Of a DNA stretch of 64,000 nucleotides, positions 51,745 through 61,256 are shown piece after piece. The DNA comes from a virus. The notes beneath the pieces are model-generated. The model did not search any database. It saw nothing but the letters and a program-made list of their open reading frames with translations, and was not told the DNA's origin. The position numbers and the translations under genes were made by a program. Positions within the stretch are counted from its first letter, which is position 1. Each line of letters opens with the position of its first letter. The DNA is taken from positions 64,001 to 128,000 of IMG/VR virus record IMGVR_UViG_3300032053_005343; one strand, given 5' to 3'.

Positions 51745-53668
51745 TATTTATTTTTTCTTTTTTGAACATAGAAAAATTATATGTTTTAATATTTTGAAGA
51801 ATAATAGTTTTAAAAAAATTAGATTTGATAGGTTTATGATCCAGTAACGAAAAACACAAAGCCAGCTTTTCTCCAGAATATTTCTGTTTCATTAAAAGGG
51901 CAAAATCTTTTCTTGATAATTTTCTATTTTCTTCTACTAAGTTCGCTATGTGATTATACACATCGTTCGCTATTTGAGAAGCGGTACAGATAGAAGAAGC
52001 CGCCGGTACAATCACAACCCAAGTTTCATAATCAAAAGTTGATTGAAATTTGTTTTCAAAATCCCTGAAAGATGGTCTACCCCAACTCAGATATAGGTCT
52101 GTAATTGCTTCAGAATCAAGTTTAGATTTTAAAGCATGTAATATAAAATAATGGTCTGACTTAATTTTTACCAATTCTTGTTCATTATTCAATCTTATTA
52201 CGTATCCTTCAATTTCTTTTTCTGTTTTTAATTTTTCTATAAGATTAATTATTTCTGCATTATTTTTTAAACAAAAATATTCTGTGCAAGGCATCATATG
52301 ATCGTCATAAGTTGTTAAATCTTCTGTTATTTCTTCTAGTTGTTTCATTGTTAATAAAGAAAATTCATTTTCATACCATTTTGTATTTCTCTTAAAAGAT
52401 ACAGCGCCAACCAAATATATCTCTGGTTGATCATATTTTATTACAATCTGATTTTTTGGAGAAACCCATTCAAATAATAGAGATGTATCGGGATACATAG
52501 AGGCATGATTTAATTTTGGATATTTTTTAATAAACCCATCTATCTCATCTTTATTGTCAAGTCCAACCGTTAAAGATCCCCTTGTTCTCCATCCTACTAT
52601 TCCATCACGAACATATCTTATCAATAAGCTTCCGTCTATTTTTAGCGTAGCCATCAATCCTGTTTTATTGTCCAACAGATCTTGTTCAGAAACATTAAAA
52701 TCTCCGCACCCTTCTCCTATATTCATAAATTTTGGAAAACCAACGGAAATAACGTGGTCATTTCTATCTATATGCATCGACCTTAACCATCTTAGGTTGA
52801 AATCTTGCCATGCGTCATTTCCTACGCCAAACTCTGGACCTATTAGGGTTTCAAATTTTTCATTTGTCGATGTTTTAAATTGTTCTGGTATTTTCATGTC
52901 TTTTTTATATCCTTCTATTTCGACAATCTCATACTTATTATTTTGTATAATCATCGCTCTCAAAGTTCCTCCGTGACAACAACCACCATCCAAACAAAAC
53001 ACATTTGGGTTTGGTTGTACAATTGGTGAAACAATATGGCCCGACAGAACTGTGTATGTGCCGTCGAGAAAATCATACCAAATTCCTTTAGACTCATCAA
53101 AATAATTTTTTGGATCTATACCTCTAATATAGATACAAGTTTCTGGGGTTTGTTTGTCTATCGGATATTTGGCATCTACCCCTGCGTGGACGACATAACA
53201 TGGTTTATTATTTAAATCTGGTAGACGTATTATATGAGGAAGTGCGCCAAGATAAAGAGCTACTAATTGTTGAAAATATTCATGCGGAGATTTAATTTGA
53301 ATTTCATTTATTGTTGATTGCAGTGTTTTTCCTATCTTTACTTTATTACCAATTAAAGCTCTTTTTAATTTATCGTCGTGATTACCAGTTACAGAATAGA
53401 TATTGTGTTCTTGATGAGGATTGTCAGGCATAAAAAATCTTAGTACGTCTACAGAATTTGGGCCGCGATCACAAAGGTCTCCGCACGATATAATAATATC
53501 TGTTTCGTTATTATAATTACATTTTTGCAAAAGTTCTATCAATTGGTCGTAACAACCATGTATATCACCTATACATATAAATCTTCTATAATGTGTTCTT
53601 CCGGTTGACGAATATCTCCACCCTGTCGTTATTGATGATAAATCTAATATTTTAGCTAATTTTCTCAT
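51728..53668 (-). CDS. Metallophosphoesterase fused to Rnl1-type RNA ligase
   Basis: GDIHG, GDLCDRG, GNHD, HAG, GH; ligase FPKFMN, KIDGSL, FEW, EGYV, KIKS. Confidence 0.82.
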   Translation of the reverse strand: MRKLAKILDLSSITTGWRYSSTGRTHYRRFICIGDIHGCYDQLIELLQKCNYNNETDIIISCGDLCDRGPNSVDVLRFFMPDNPHQEHNIYSVTGNHDDKLKRALIGNKVKIGKTLQSTINEIQIKSPHEYFQQLVALYLGALPHIIRLPDLNNKPCYVVHAGVDAKYPIDKQTPETCIYIRGIDPKNYFDESKGIWYDFLDGTYTVLSGHIVSPIVQPNPNVFCLDGGCCHGGTLRAMIIQNNKYEIVEIEGYKKDMKIPEQFKTSTNEKFETLIGPEFGVGNDAWQDFNLRWLRSMHIDRNDHVISVGFPKFMNIGEGCGDFNVSEQDLLDNKTGLMATLKIDGSLLIRYVRDGIVGWRTRGSLTVGLDNKDEIDGFIKKYPKLNHASMYPDTSLLFEWVSPKNQIVIKYDQPEIYLVGAVSFKRNTKWYENEFSLLTMKQLEEITEDLTTYDDHMMPCTEYFCLKNNAEIINLIEKLKTEKEIEGYVIRLNNEQELVKIKSDHYFILHALKSKLDSEAITDLYLSWGRPSFRDFENKFQSTFDYETWVVIVPAASSICTASQIANDVYNHIANLVEENRKLSRKDFALLMKQKYSGEKLALCFSLLDHKPIKSNFFKTIILQNIKTYNFSMFKKEKINNDEEE

Positions 53669-53862
53669 TATTTAATCATACTATATAAAAGAGTATTTAT
53701 TTTATCACACACATCTTGTGTTTGTGAAATTGCTCTAGATAAATTTTTAAGACGAATTTCTTTTTCGTCTTCTACGTATTGAGATAATTGACGTTGAAAT
53801 TCTTCTAATTTATCTTTTAATTTTTTCTCATAAGTTCTAAGTTTTTTGATTTCTTTGGTCAT
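53668..53862 (-). CDS. Small coiled-coil protein
   Basis: In-operon ORF. Confidence 0.45.
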   Translation of the reverse strand: MTKEIKKLRTYEKKLKDKLEEFQRQLSQYVEDEKEIRLKNLSRAISQTQDVCDKINTLLYSMIK

Positions 53863-54325
53863 TTTCTTCCCCCGTCTTAATTTCTGTCATATCGAAATTT
53901 TCCAAATCTCCTGGTTCTTCATATTTATCTTGAAAAAATTTTAGAACTTTCTTTTGTGTTTCATGATCATTATTTTTTATTGTTGGATGATTTTTTCTTT
54001 CTTTCATTCTTTTAAGACATATACTTTCTGGAGCAACGAAAAAATAATACATTATTTTATATCCAAATTTTTGTGCAGGTAGAACATATTGTAATCGTTG
54101 CTGGATAGAAAAGTTCATACGGTCAATTACGATAAGATCCATTCCCGATAAAAGTATTTCTAAAAATTTTCTATAGTGTCCTTTTCCAAAGTTGTCTTGT
54201 GAAATTCTAAAATAATTGTAAAGTGTGTGTTGGCAATAATAAGATTTTCCAGAACCAGGAGGTCCGATCAAAATCGCAAGTATTTTCTTATGGTGTTTTT
54301 TCTTTTCTTGTTTTAATTTTTTCAT
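53837..54325 (-). CDS. Polynucleotide kinase-type P-loop kinase (AAA_33)
   Basis: GPPGSGKS, ISQD, VIDRMN, RMKERKNHPTI. Confidence 0.78.
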   Translation of the reverse strand: MKKLKQEKKKHHKKILAILIGPPGSGKSYYCQHTLYNYFRISQDNFGKGHYRKFLEILLSGMDLIVIDRMNFSIQQRLQYVLPAQKFGYKIMYYFFVAPESICLKRMKERKNHPTIKNNDHETQKKVLKFFQDKYEEPGDLENFDMTEIKTGEENDQRNQKT

Positions 54326-54543
54326 AAAGGATTACAAACAGTATATCTTATCACATCTTCGCATAGTATATCTAAATTGTCCCAATATAAATCTATATCA
54401 TCCAATTCATCAGGGTCATCCTCAAAAACTTTGATATTTATATTTGTAATTTTTGTTAATCTTTTTGTTTCTTCGTTTATGTCTTTGGCCAATTTTTGTA
54501 ATTTTCTATTAAATGTATTTAATTTTTTAATCTGTCTTTTCAT
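54322..54543 (-). CDS. Hypothetical protein
   Basis: ATGA overlaps on both sides. Confidence 0.5.
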   Translation of the reverse strand: MKRQIKKLNTFNRKLQKLAKDINEETKRLTKITNINIKVFEDDPDELDDIDLYWDNLDILCEDVIRYTVCNPL

Positions 54544-55199
54544 TTTATTTTTTTTCTATATTTTTTAACTGGTGTTGTTAATGCCTTTTCTATTGACCAC
54601 CCAAGCCTATATAATCTGATCCATAATGTATTTGGATTAATATTATATTCTTTCGCCCAATCTATTAAAAATTGTGTTTTATTATTAAATGTTATTGGTC
54701 TATTCCAACGTTGATTTCTACGTTGCTCTTTTCTAGAAGACAGTTTCCAATTGTTAAAATCATAATTTCCATTATTATCTATTCTGTCTAACGTTAATCC
54801 TTTTGGTATTTCGCCAATATCTTCAAGAAAATTTTCAAACCCAGTTTTCTTGTTTAACCATCTTTCACAAACAGTTATTCCTCGTTCTCCATAATTTTTA
54901 TAATCTTTATTATTTTTATTAAAACATCTAGATTTCATATCTTGCCATGTTTTATATATTTTTGATTTTTTATTTCTTGCAAGACCATGCTTTAAATTTA
55001 ATCCATTTTTTATTTTTTCTTTATATAGACATCCACAACTCTTTGTATTCCCGCTCCTAAGACTATTTCCAGGAACAATTATTTCCTTGCCGCATTCACA
55101 CAAACAAGACCATGTTATGTGTCCATCTTTTGCATAACCAATTCTTTTCATAACTGTTAATCTACTAAATTTTAATCCTGTTAAATCAACAAATTTCAT
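54540..55199 (-). mobile_element. Free-standing HNH homing endonuclease (DLTG family)
   Basis: DLTGLKFSRL, SCGC, YGERGITVCERW, LDRIDNN. Confidence 0.85.
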
Positions 55200-55218
55200 T
55201 CACGATATATCCTTCCTT

Positions 55219-56361
55219 TTAAATATCTTCTTCAACACGAACTCCGACAGGGAATCGTGGTAATCCATCAGAGGTTAGATTTTGAAATTTGACAGTTATT
55301 TGTTTTCCAATAACTATTTCTGGATTAATTAGATATTTTTTAAGATTTCCCAAAGACCCTTCCATTTTGCAGGAAAATTCATTACCCGTTTTCGTCCTAC
55401 ATATAAAAATTGCACAATCTACCATTCTCCCTTTCCCATTTTTTACACCTATGATTTCGAATTCATCGTCGGAGAATAATTTTATTTTTTGTAAATCATA
55501 AGACCTACCGTGTTTATACAAACTTTGAGCATTGCGTACCATACTTCCTTCCCACCCCCCGGCCAAATCTTTTTCAAATAAATCCATCAATTCTTCGACA
55601 TTGTTGACTTTCCGAGTTTCAACTTTTACAACCTTACTTCCGGCAAATTTTATTTTTTGAATTTTTTCTGTTCTTTCTTCAAAAGTCAAAGAATCATCTA
55701 TTAAATCATAAACATGATACTGGACCACTTCATATCCAGGTTTTGGGTTCTGTGATCTTATGAAGGATGTTATTTCTTCAAAATTATTTTTATAGGCGTG
55801 ATTATAAAGCTCCCCATCAAGAACAATACTTTCATTTGGAAATGTTGCTTCCATTACTTTGATAATATGGGGAACACTAGTTATTGGTTTGCGGGTGCGA
55901 GACCACAAAGTACACTTCCCATTATTTACAACACAGGCACAGCGATGACCGTCGAGCTTACTTTGAGAGTAACAAGGATAAATAATTTTTGATTCGTGAT
56001 CCTTGAACCGATGGGCAAGCATCACCTCCGCGCCCCCAGTTATAAACTCCTTATCCACCTTTCCTTGTCTCGCTTCCGCCTCTGTTTGACAGTATCCTGA
56101 TTTTAATTTTTTCTCCCATTGGGATTGTGCTTCAGACAAAGCTTGTTCTTCTGGGGAAGTTTCATTGACCTTTCCGATGTTTTTCCCTGCATTTATTTCA
56201 TCTTTTGTTTCCTGGATTTTGCCATTTATTTTACCATATTTTTTAATAATTATATTATCTTTTACAGATATATTCCATTGTTGGATTGAACCATCATTGT
56301 TTTTTGAATAAAGTGTGGGAAAATTTTTAATCATTATTTTATTCTCCTGTCCTAATTTCAT
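55219..56361 (-). CDS. ATP-dependent DNA ligase with N-terminal WGR-like domain
   Basis: SKLDGHR, LDGELY, YHVYD, EGSMVR, LQKIK, PRFP. Confidence 0.9.
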   Translation of the reverse strand: MKLGQENKIMIKNFPTLYSKNNDGSIQQWNISVKDNIIIKKYGKINGKIQETKDEINAGKNIGKVNETSPEEQALSEAQSQWEKKLKSGYCQTEAEARQGKVDKEFITGGAEVMLAHRFKDHESKIIYPCYSQSKLDGHRCACVVNNGKCTLWSRTRKPITSVPHIIKVMEATFPNESIVLDGELYNHAYKNNFEEITSFIRSQNPKPGYEVVQYHVYDLIDDSLTFEERTEKIQKIKFAGSKVVKVETRKVNNVEELMDLFEKDLAGGWEGSMVRNAQSLYKHGRSYDLQKIKLFSDDEFEIIGVKNGKGRMVDCAIFICRTKTGNEFSCKMEGSLGNLKKYLINPEIVIGKQITVKFQNLTSDGLPRFPVGVRVEEDI

Positions 56362-56549
56362 TTAAATGTCCTTCCTACTGATGGGTGAATCATTATATCT
56401 GATTCTATCATAGCGCGAAGTCTTGCTTCGTAATTTTCAATTGCTAATTTGCTAACTCTAGTAATTTGTTTTTCAAATCCTGGTCTAAGTGCCGCTATTT
56501 TTGCCAATATAAATTTCTTAGTGGCAGATTGATTTAATATGCTGTTCAT
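56358..56549 (-). CDS. Small protein, candidate histone fold
   Basis: LNQSATKKFI...RVS.LAIE..E..L...I......GRTFK. Confidence 0.45.
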   Translation of the reverse strand: MNSILNQSATKKFILAKIAALRPGFEKQITRVSKLAIENYEARLRAMIESDIMIHPSVGRTFK

Positions 56550-56740
56550 TAATTTCTCTCTTTCTGCTTAGTGCTGGTTTTCATATTGTATTCTTTTTTC
56601 TTCGTGGAGGATATTGTTTTACCTATCGAATCCGCTATCTCTTTTATGAAATGATCGCATTCAGGTCCGACGAAATTATTTCCTTCTATTGACACATCTC
56701 CTGTTTTGGTTATATCTACTATAATTTTTTTATTATTCAT
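56549..56740 (-). CDS. DUF2997-like protein
   Basis: IIVDITKTGDVSIEGNNFVGPEC....I..SIG......KKEY. Confidence 0.75.
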   Translation of the reverse strand: MNNKKIIVDITKTGDVSIEGNNFVGPECDHFIKEIADSIGKTISSTKKKEYNMKTSTKQKERN

Positions 56741-57026
56741 TATAATATTTACCCCCGCATTGAAAATTTTCTATCTCCCATTCGACGCACTTATCTCTAA
56801 TCTTATTTTGATAGACAATTTCATTTGTTTGTGCGTTTATAATTTCCCAATATTGTTTTTCTTGATTAAACAAAATATGAGATGCTCTACGGATATTTGT
56901 TACTAAACCTAGATCATATAAATCTATAAAATCATTATAAATCGTTGATATATTGCCTTTTTCATTTATTTCCATAATAGGTATTTGCATTATTATTTTC
57001 CTTTCGTCAAATCGTTGAGGCAACAT
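56733..57026 (-). CDS. Small protein of the DUF2997/DUF1257-associated type
   Basis: IYND.IDL..LG....IRRASHI...W...R..C..WE. Confidence 0.55.
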   Translation of the reverse strand: MLPQRFDERKIIMQIPIMEINEKGNISTIYNDFIDLYDLGLVTNIRRASHILFNQEKQYWEIINAQTNEIVYQNKIRDKCVEWEIENFQCGGKYYNE

Positions 57027-57232
57027 CTCAATTCGTGGGAATCTAGATCTTTTGCATCTCTCCCATTTATTTTTACATTAACGATATCGTTTGCACCATT
57101 TAATTCTACATATACTCTTCTGTCGCTTATTGTAGAACAGGGCCATTGCGCATTAGGTCTGCGACTCCATTTAAACGTGTCGTTTTGGGACAACCACACC
57201 CTCGTTGTGTTTCCTATTTTTTTAATTTTCAT
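56993..57232 (-). CDS. Hypothetical protein
   Basis: In-operon ORF; WPCSTI. Confidence 0.55.
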   Translation of the reverse strand: MKIKKIGNTTRVWLSQNDTFKWSRRPNAQWPCSTISDRRVYVELNGANDIVNVKINGRDAKDLDSHELRCCLNDLTKGK

Positions 57233-57552
57233 AGAATTATTTTCCTCAATAGTTTTTTGGTTTGTTCTGCAATAATTTTTTGCTCAAACTCGGCTTTATG
57301 CTCAGTACATGTATTGTTTTTTATATTACACATTACAAAAAATGTTTGTGGGCCAATCAAATCTATGCCATTTTCACGAGCCTTTTTTGCCTTAGTTGAT
57401 TGGCTATTCATATCCATTATAACTAGTATAGTTGTTTTATTAGTTATAGACTTTGTGACCGATGCTCCAGCCTTGATAGCTATGTCTGTCATTTGATTAC
57501 GAGATATTGGACCTTTCCCGGTGAAACAGAATACTATATCTTTATTTAACAT
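57229..57552 (-). CDS. Stand-alone BRCT domain protein ending RKIIL
   Basis: FCFTG...SR......GASVTKSITNKTTILV....STKAKKA...GI. Confidence 0.82.
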   Translation of the reverse strand: MLNKDIVFCFTGKGPISRNQMTDIAIKAGASVTKSITNKTTILVIMDMNSQSTKAKKARENGIDLIGPQTFFVMCNIKNNTCTEHKAEFEQKIIAEQTKKLLRKIIL

Positions 57553-57561
57553 ATTTAGCCT

Positions 57562-59628
57562 CTATATCAGAATAAATTCACACCCCCTCTGAAAATCTTG
57601 AATGTTATCAAAACCGGCATAACTTATCGCGCTTCTTAATGCCCCCGCATACCTATTTAAAAGTGATTCTACTGGTTCTCCTATGTCAAGATGAATTAAT
57701 TTGCCCTCTGCCGAAGTTCCTGGTTTTAAACCACCCTTCCATTTATTCTGGACATATTCACTATTGCCACACCACGTATATTTATTGTTTCTTCTTACAC
57801 ATAATATTCCATTAGGAACCTCTGCGCAATACACTTTGCCACTATAATCTATAAAACTATAGTGTTTTGGGAGGATGGTGGGGTTATGCCAATATTTACC
57901 TACATAAACAGAAAATGAATCATATTTTCTAACGAAACTTTTCCCATTAATTTCTCCTAAAGATCCCTTTGGATGATTCAAGTGAATTGTTGGAGTTAAT
58001 CCACATTTTATACATATCTCTGATATATCGTCTATAAATTTAGTGGAAGAACTAGTTATAGAATTTCTGTTTTTACAACCGTCACCGAGAAATATTGAAT
58101 TTATTAAAATCTCTAATAATTTAGTCGGTAGATTTTTAATTTTTTTCGGAATAAATTTTTCATGAGCCTTCCCAAATTTCATCAAATAACTGCAAAGGGG
58201 CATGTTTTGTATTGTAAGTTCATAATTTTTATTCCTTTTTCTTACAAAGGAACCAATATTATATTTTCTTAATAAGGTTACATAATGATTTATCAATTTT
58301 TTATTATTATTTGAAATACTTATGGAATACACAAAATGATTAGGATTATAACTGATATGTTTTTTTGATTTTGATATTCTTTTATTTGCCCACCCTTCTG
58401 CTAACCAGAATCCAAAAAAATCAATCCATTCTTCTGTCAGAAAATTTGTTCCTATTTTCTTATATTTATTTTTATATCCAGAGACAACATCGGGTATCTT
58501 AAAAAATTTGGAATATTCTCCCTTCCATCCGCATATTTTTTGATACTTAAAATTTTCCTTACAACACCGTTCCGCCTTAACGAATTTAAATTTTTCTTTA
58601 TATCCATCCTTAATTCTTGCTCGTTTAGCAACATACATTCTGTGATTTGGTGTTACTAATAAATCAATAGCTTTATGATTTATATTTATCATTTCCCCGT
58701 TATAATTATAATTAAAAATATTTGTTGGTTTTTGAAATTCCATTAATTTTGTTTCTGTATTTAAAGTTGCTAAATCGTCAGATAATTTTATTTCTGAAAA
58801 ATTTTTCCATCCATTGATGGTTAATATTTCTGTGTCGTCGCTATAACATGACATGCCCGCCAGAATTTTCTTCTTTATCCCATCAATTTCTATCGTTTCT
58901 GAAGCACTCTCTGGGCATCTGGCGAATATACTACCAGCCATAGCACAACTAGCTCCTGCCCCGATAGCTTTGGTGAAATCGGCGGGGCAACGAATGTTCC
59001 CGTCACTAATGATTGGCATACCATATTTTTGTGAGATTTCTTTTAAATCATAGATAGCAGAAAATTGATTTTTTGTACAACCAACTACTGTCGCCGTCGA
59101 ACAGGAATTACCACCACCTATGCCGATTTTTATTGCATCTACATAATCATTGAACATCCCTATCATATCAGGATTAATAGTATTTCCGGCGACAACTTTT
59201 ATTGTTGGATAGAATTTTTTTATATGTTGGCACATTTGTAATGCATATTTATTAAAACCATGAGCTACATCGACGAAAATAATGTTAGATCCAGCTTTTA
59301 TTAATTTTTCAACCAATATATAATCTGAATCTTTTATTCCAATGGAAACCGCAACAGAGGGAATTTCCTTTGTTATTTTTTTTGTTTCCGATATATAATC
59401 ATCTGTATTTGGAAAAGCTCTGTGTAAAACCCCCATAGCCCCAAGCCTATAAAGCCCTATCGAGAATTCCGCATTCGTGACTGTTGACATATTCGCTGCC
59501 AAAAGGGGAAGTGGACGGATTACTCCGCGAATTATCTCGCTTTTTATTTTTGTGTCAAGCCGACTTTTGCAAATATTCTCTTTTTGATAAATTGCTATGT
59601 CAGAAAATTTATATGATTTTTTAAACAT
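57562..59628 (-). CDS. IMP dehydrogenase / GMP reductase (no CBS domains), intein-containing
   Basis: AANMSTV, VDVAHG, VAGN, IGIGGGNSCST, ISDGNI, KAIGAGA, AEG, LRSAISY. Confidence 0.88.
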   Translation of the reverse strand: MFKKSYKFSDIAIYQKENICKSRLDTKIKSEIIRGVIRPLPLLAANMSTVTNAEFSIGLYRLGAMGVLHRAFPNTDDYISETKKITKEIPSVAVSIGIKDSDYILVEKLIKAGSNIIFVDVAHGFNKYALQMCQHIKKFYPTIKVVAGNTINPDMIGMFNDYVDAIKIGIGGGNSCSTATVVGCTKNQFSAIYDLKEISQKYGMPIISDGNIRCPADFTKAIGAGASCAMAGSIFARCPESASETIEIDGIKKKILAGMSCYSDDTEILTINGWKNFSEIKLSDDLATLNTETKLMEFQKPTNIFNYNYNGEMININHKAIDLLVTPNHRMYVAKRARIKDGYKEKFKFVKAERCCKENFKYQKICGWKGEYSKFFKIPDVVSGYKNKYKKIGTNFLTEEWIDFFGFWLAEGWANKRISKSKKHISYNPNHFVYSISISNNNKKLINHYVTLLRKYNIGSFVRKRNKNYELTIQNMPLCSYLMKFGKAHEKFIPKKIKNLPTKLLEILINSIFLGDGCKNRNSITSSSTKFIDDISEICIKCGLTPTIHLNHPKGSLGEINGKSFVRKYDSFSVYVGKYWHNPTILPKHYSFIDYSGKVYCAEVPNGILCVRRNNKYTWCGNSEYVQNKWKGGLKPGTSAEGKLIHLDIGEPVESLLNRYAGALRSAISYAGFDNIQDFQRGCEFILI
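57763..58848 (-). mobile_element. Intein with LAGLIDADG-type endonuclease in the IMPDH/GMPR gene (362 aa)
   Basis: AGMS|CYSDDTEILT...VTPNHRM...FGFWLAEG...IFLGDG...VYCAEV...WCGN|SEY. Confidence 0.9.
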
Positions 59629-60254
59629 TATTTTATTTTTCTCCTGATGGGTTCGTTTAATGCTCTATCAATATTCCAACCCCTCCTTATTCTTGTCCGA
59701 AGTGTATCGTAAGGAAGATTATATTCTTCGGCCCAGGCTGCAATACATTGTGTTTTACCTTTATATGTTAACATATGGCTATCTCTTCTGTTGTAATTAT
59801 TTTCTTTATTGGTGCTCCATCGACAATTCTTTTTATGATATCCTTTATTGTTATCAATTCTATCTATCTGATGCTTCTTGCTTGGCGGTAGTCCCATGTC
59901 ATTAAGAAAATTAATAAATCCGTTATTTTTAGGCAACCACCTTTTGCAAACCGTAATGCCTCTATTTCCGTAATCTTTATATCTTGGATTTTTGGGGTTG
60001 GTACACCTTTGAATCATAGATTTCCATATTTTATCAATATGAGAATTGCTAAGCCCATGTTTGGTCATTATATCTTTGTGCAGGCATCCGCAACTTTTTG
60101 AATCTCCTGTTCTTAAACTATATCCGTCTATATTTTTTATGATTCCGCAACTACATTCACATTTCCATCTAGATTTCTTTTTGTTGGTGTTTATTTGTTT
60201 AAGAATTGTCCATCTTCCAAATTTTAATCCCGTTAAATCAATAAATTTGCCCAT
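59628..60254 (-). mobile_element. Free-standing HNH homing endonuclease (DLTG family)
   Basis: DLTGLKFGRW, SCGC, YGNRGITVC, IDRIDNN. Confidence 0.85.
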
Positions 60255-60370
60255 TACCTATATTCCCTTATTTCCCCTCTATTTTTTGCGTCTAGCCTAC
60301 TATTACAAATATTTTCTTTTTGGCAAATTGCTACGTCCTTAAAATTATATGATCGGACTAAATCGCTCAT
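60254..60370 (-). pseudogene. 38-codon duplicate of the IMPDH/GMPR N-terminus (orphaned 5' stub)
   Basis: MSDLVRSYNFKDVAICQKENICNSRLDAKNRGEIREYR* versus the IMPDH start MFKKSYKFSDIAIYQKENICKSRLDTKIKSEIIR. Confidence 0.85.
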
Positions 60371-60375
60371 TTATT

Positions 60376-61047
60376 TTATTCCTTGATATGTTTCCATGTT
60401 ATTTTATGTGTCAATAACCAAATTGTTTTATAGCTGGCTCCATATTTTATAACTAATTCCTTATAAGACAATCCTTTTTTATGATCTCTTATAATGTCTA
60501 TCGCTGTTTTTTCGTTTATTGTAGCTGCTCCGTGCTTACTTCCTGGTTGACTTGATTGTGGTTTCGGGATACCAATCTGTGCTTTTCTAATTTTTTCCTT
60601 AACTAAACTGGGTCGGTGTCGTCCCTTTAAAGCAATACTTAATTTTAATTTATGTTCTTTGGTGAGCCTTGTTCCTTTTTTAGAATTGCTTATTTTTTCT
60701 TTTGTTGCTCTTGTATGATTCCGGCCCAACATTGGAGTAATAGTATTTTTAGAAATATTGAATCCAATATTTGAATTATAACATTTTGTTTGGTCTAACC
60801 ACAATTGTTCTTTTATTGATAATTTTTTTATATCATAAACAATTTCAATTATTTCAAATTTAAAATTTTCTTTTCCATATTTATTCCATGAGTTTTGTAA
60901 ATAGGTATTGATATGATTTCCGTTTTTTAATCTAGATAAATGAAACTCGAACCGTCTTTTAAGATTAATAGCACTTCCTATATAAAATTTTCCTGTTGAT
61001 GAACAGGTTATTCTATAAATACCAGAGATATAACCTTTAATAAACAT
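60376..61047 (-). mobile_element. GIY-YIG homing endonuclease with NUMOD3 repeats
   Basis: GIYRITC..FYIGSA; HTRATKEKIS, LTKEHKLKLS. Confidence 0.85.
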
Positions 61048-61053
61048 AAAATT

Positions 61054-61245
61054 TTAACATACACTTCCTTTGCTTATATGACGACCATTTGTGATTTTAA
61101 ATTTTGGATTACAGACAAAATCTTCAATAGGTATTCCTTCGGGAATAAAATCTTCCGATAGTTCGCAAAACATAGTAAAAATTGTTTCCTTATCTCTTAT
61201 TAGTGTACAGTATCCCTCGCTGTTAAAATATAATATTTTTTGCAT
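61054..61245 (-). CDS. Hypothetical protein
   Basis: In-operon ORF. Confidence 0.45.
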   Translation of the reverse strand: MQKILYFNSEGYCTLIRDKETIFTMFCELSEDFIPEGIPIEDFVCNPKFKITNGRHISKGSVC

Positions 61246-61256
61246 TTCATTTTCCT

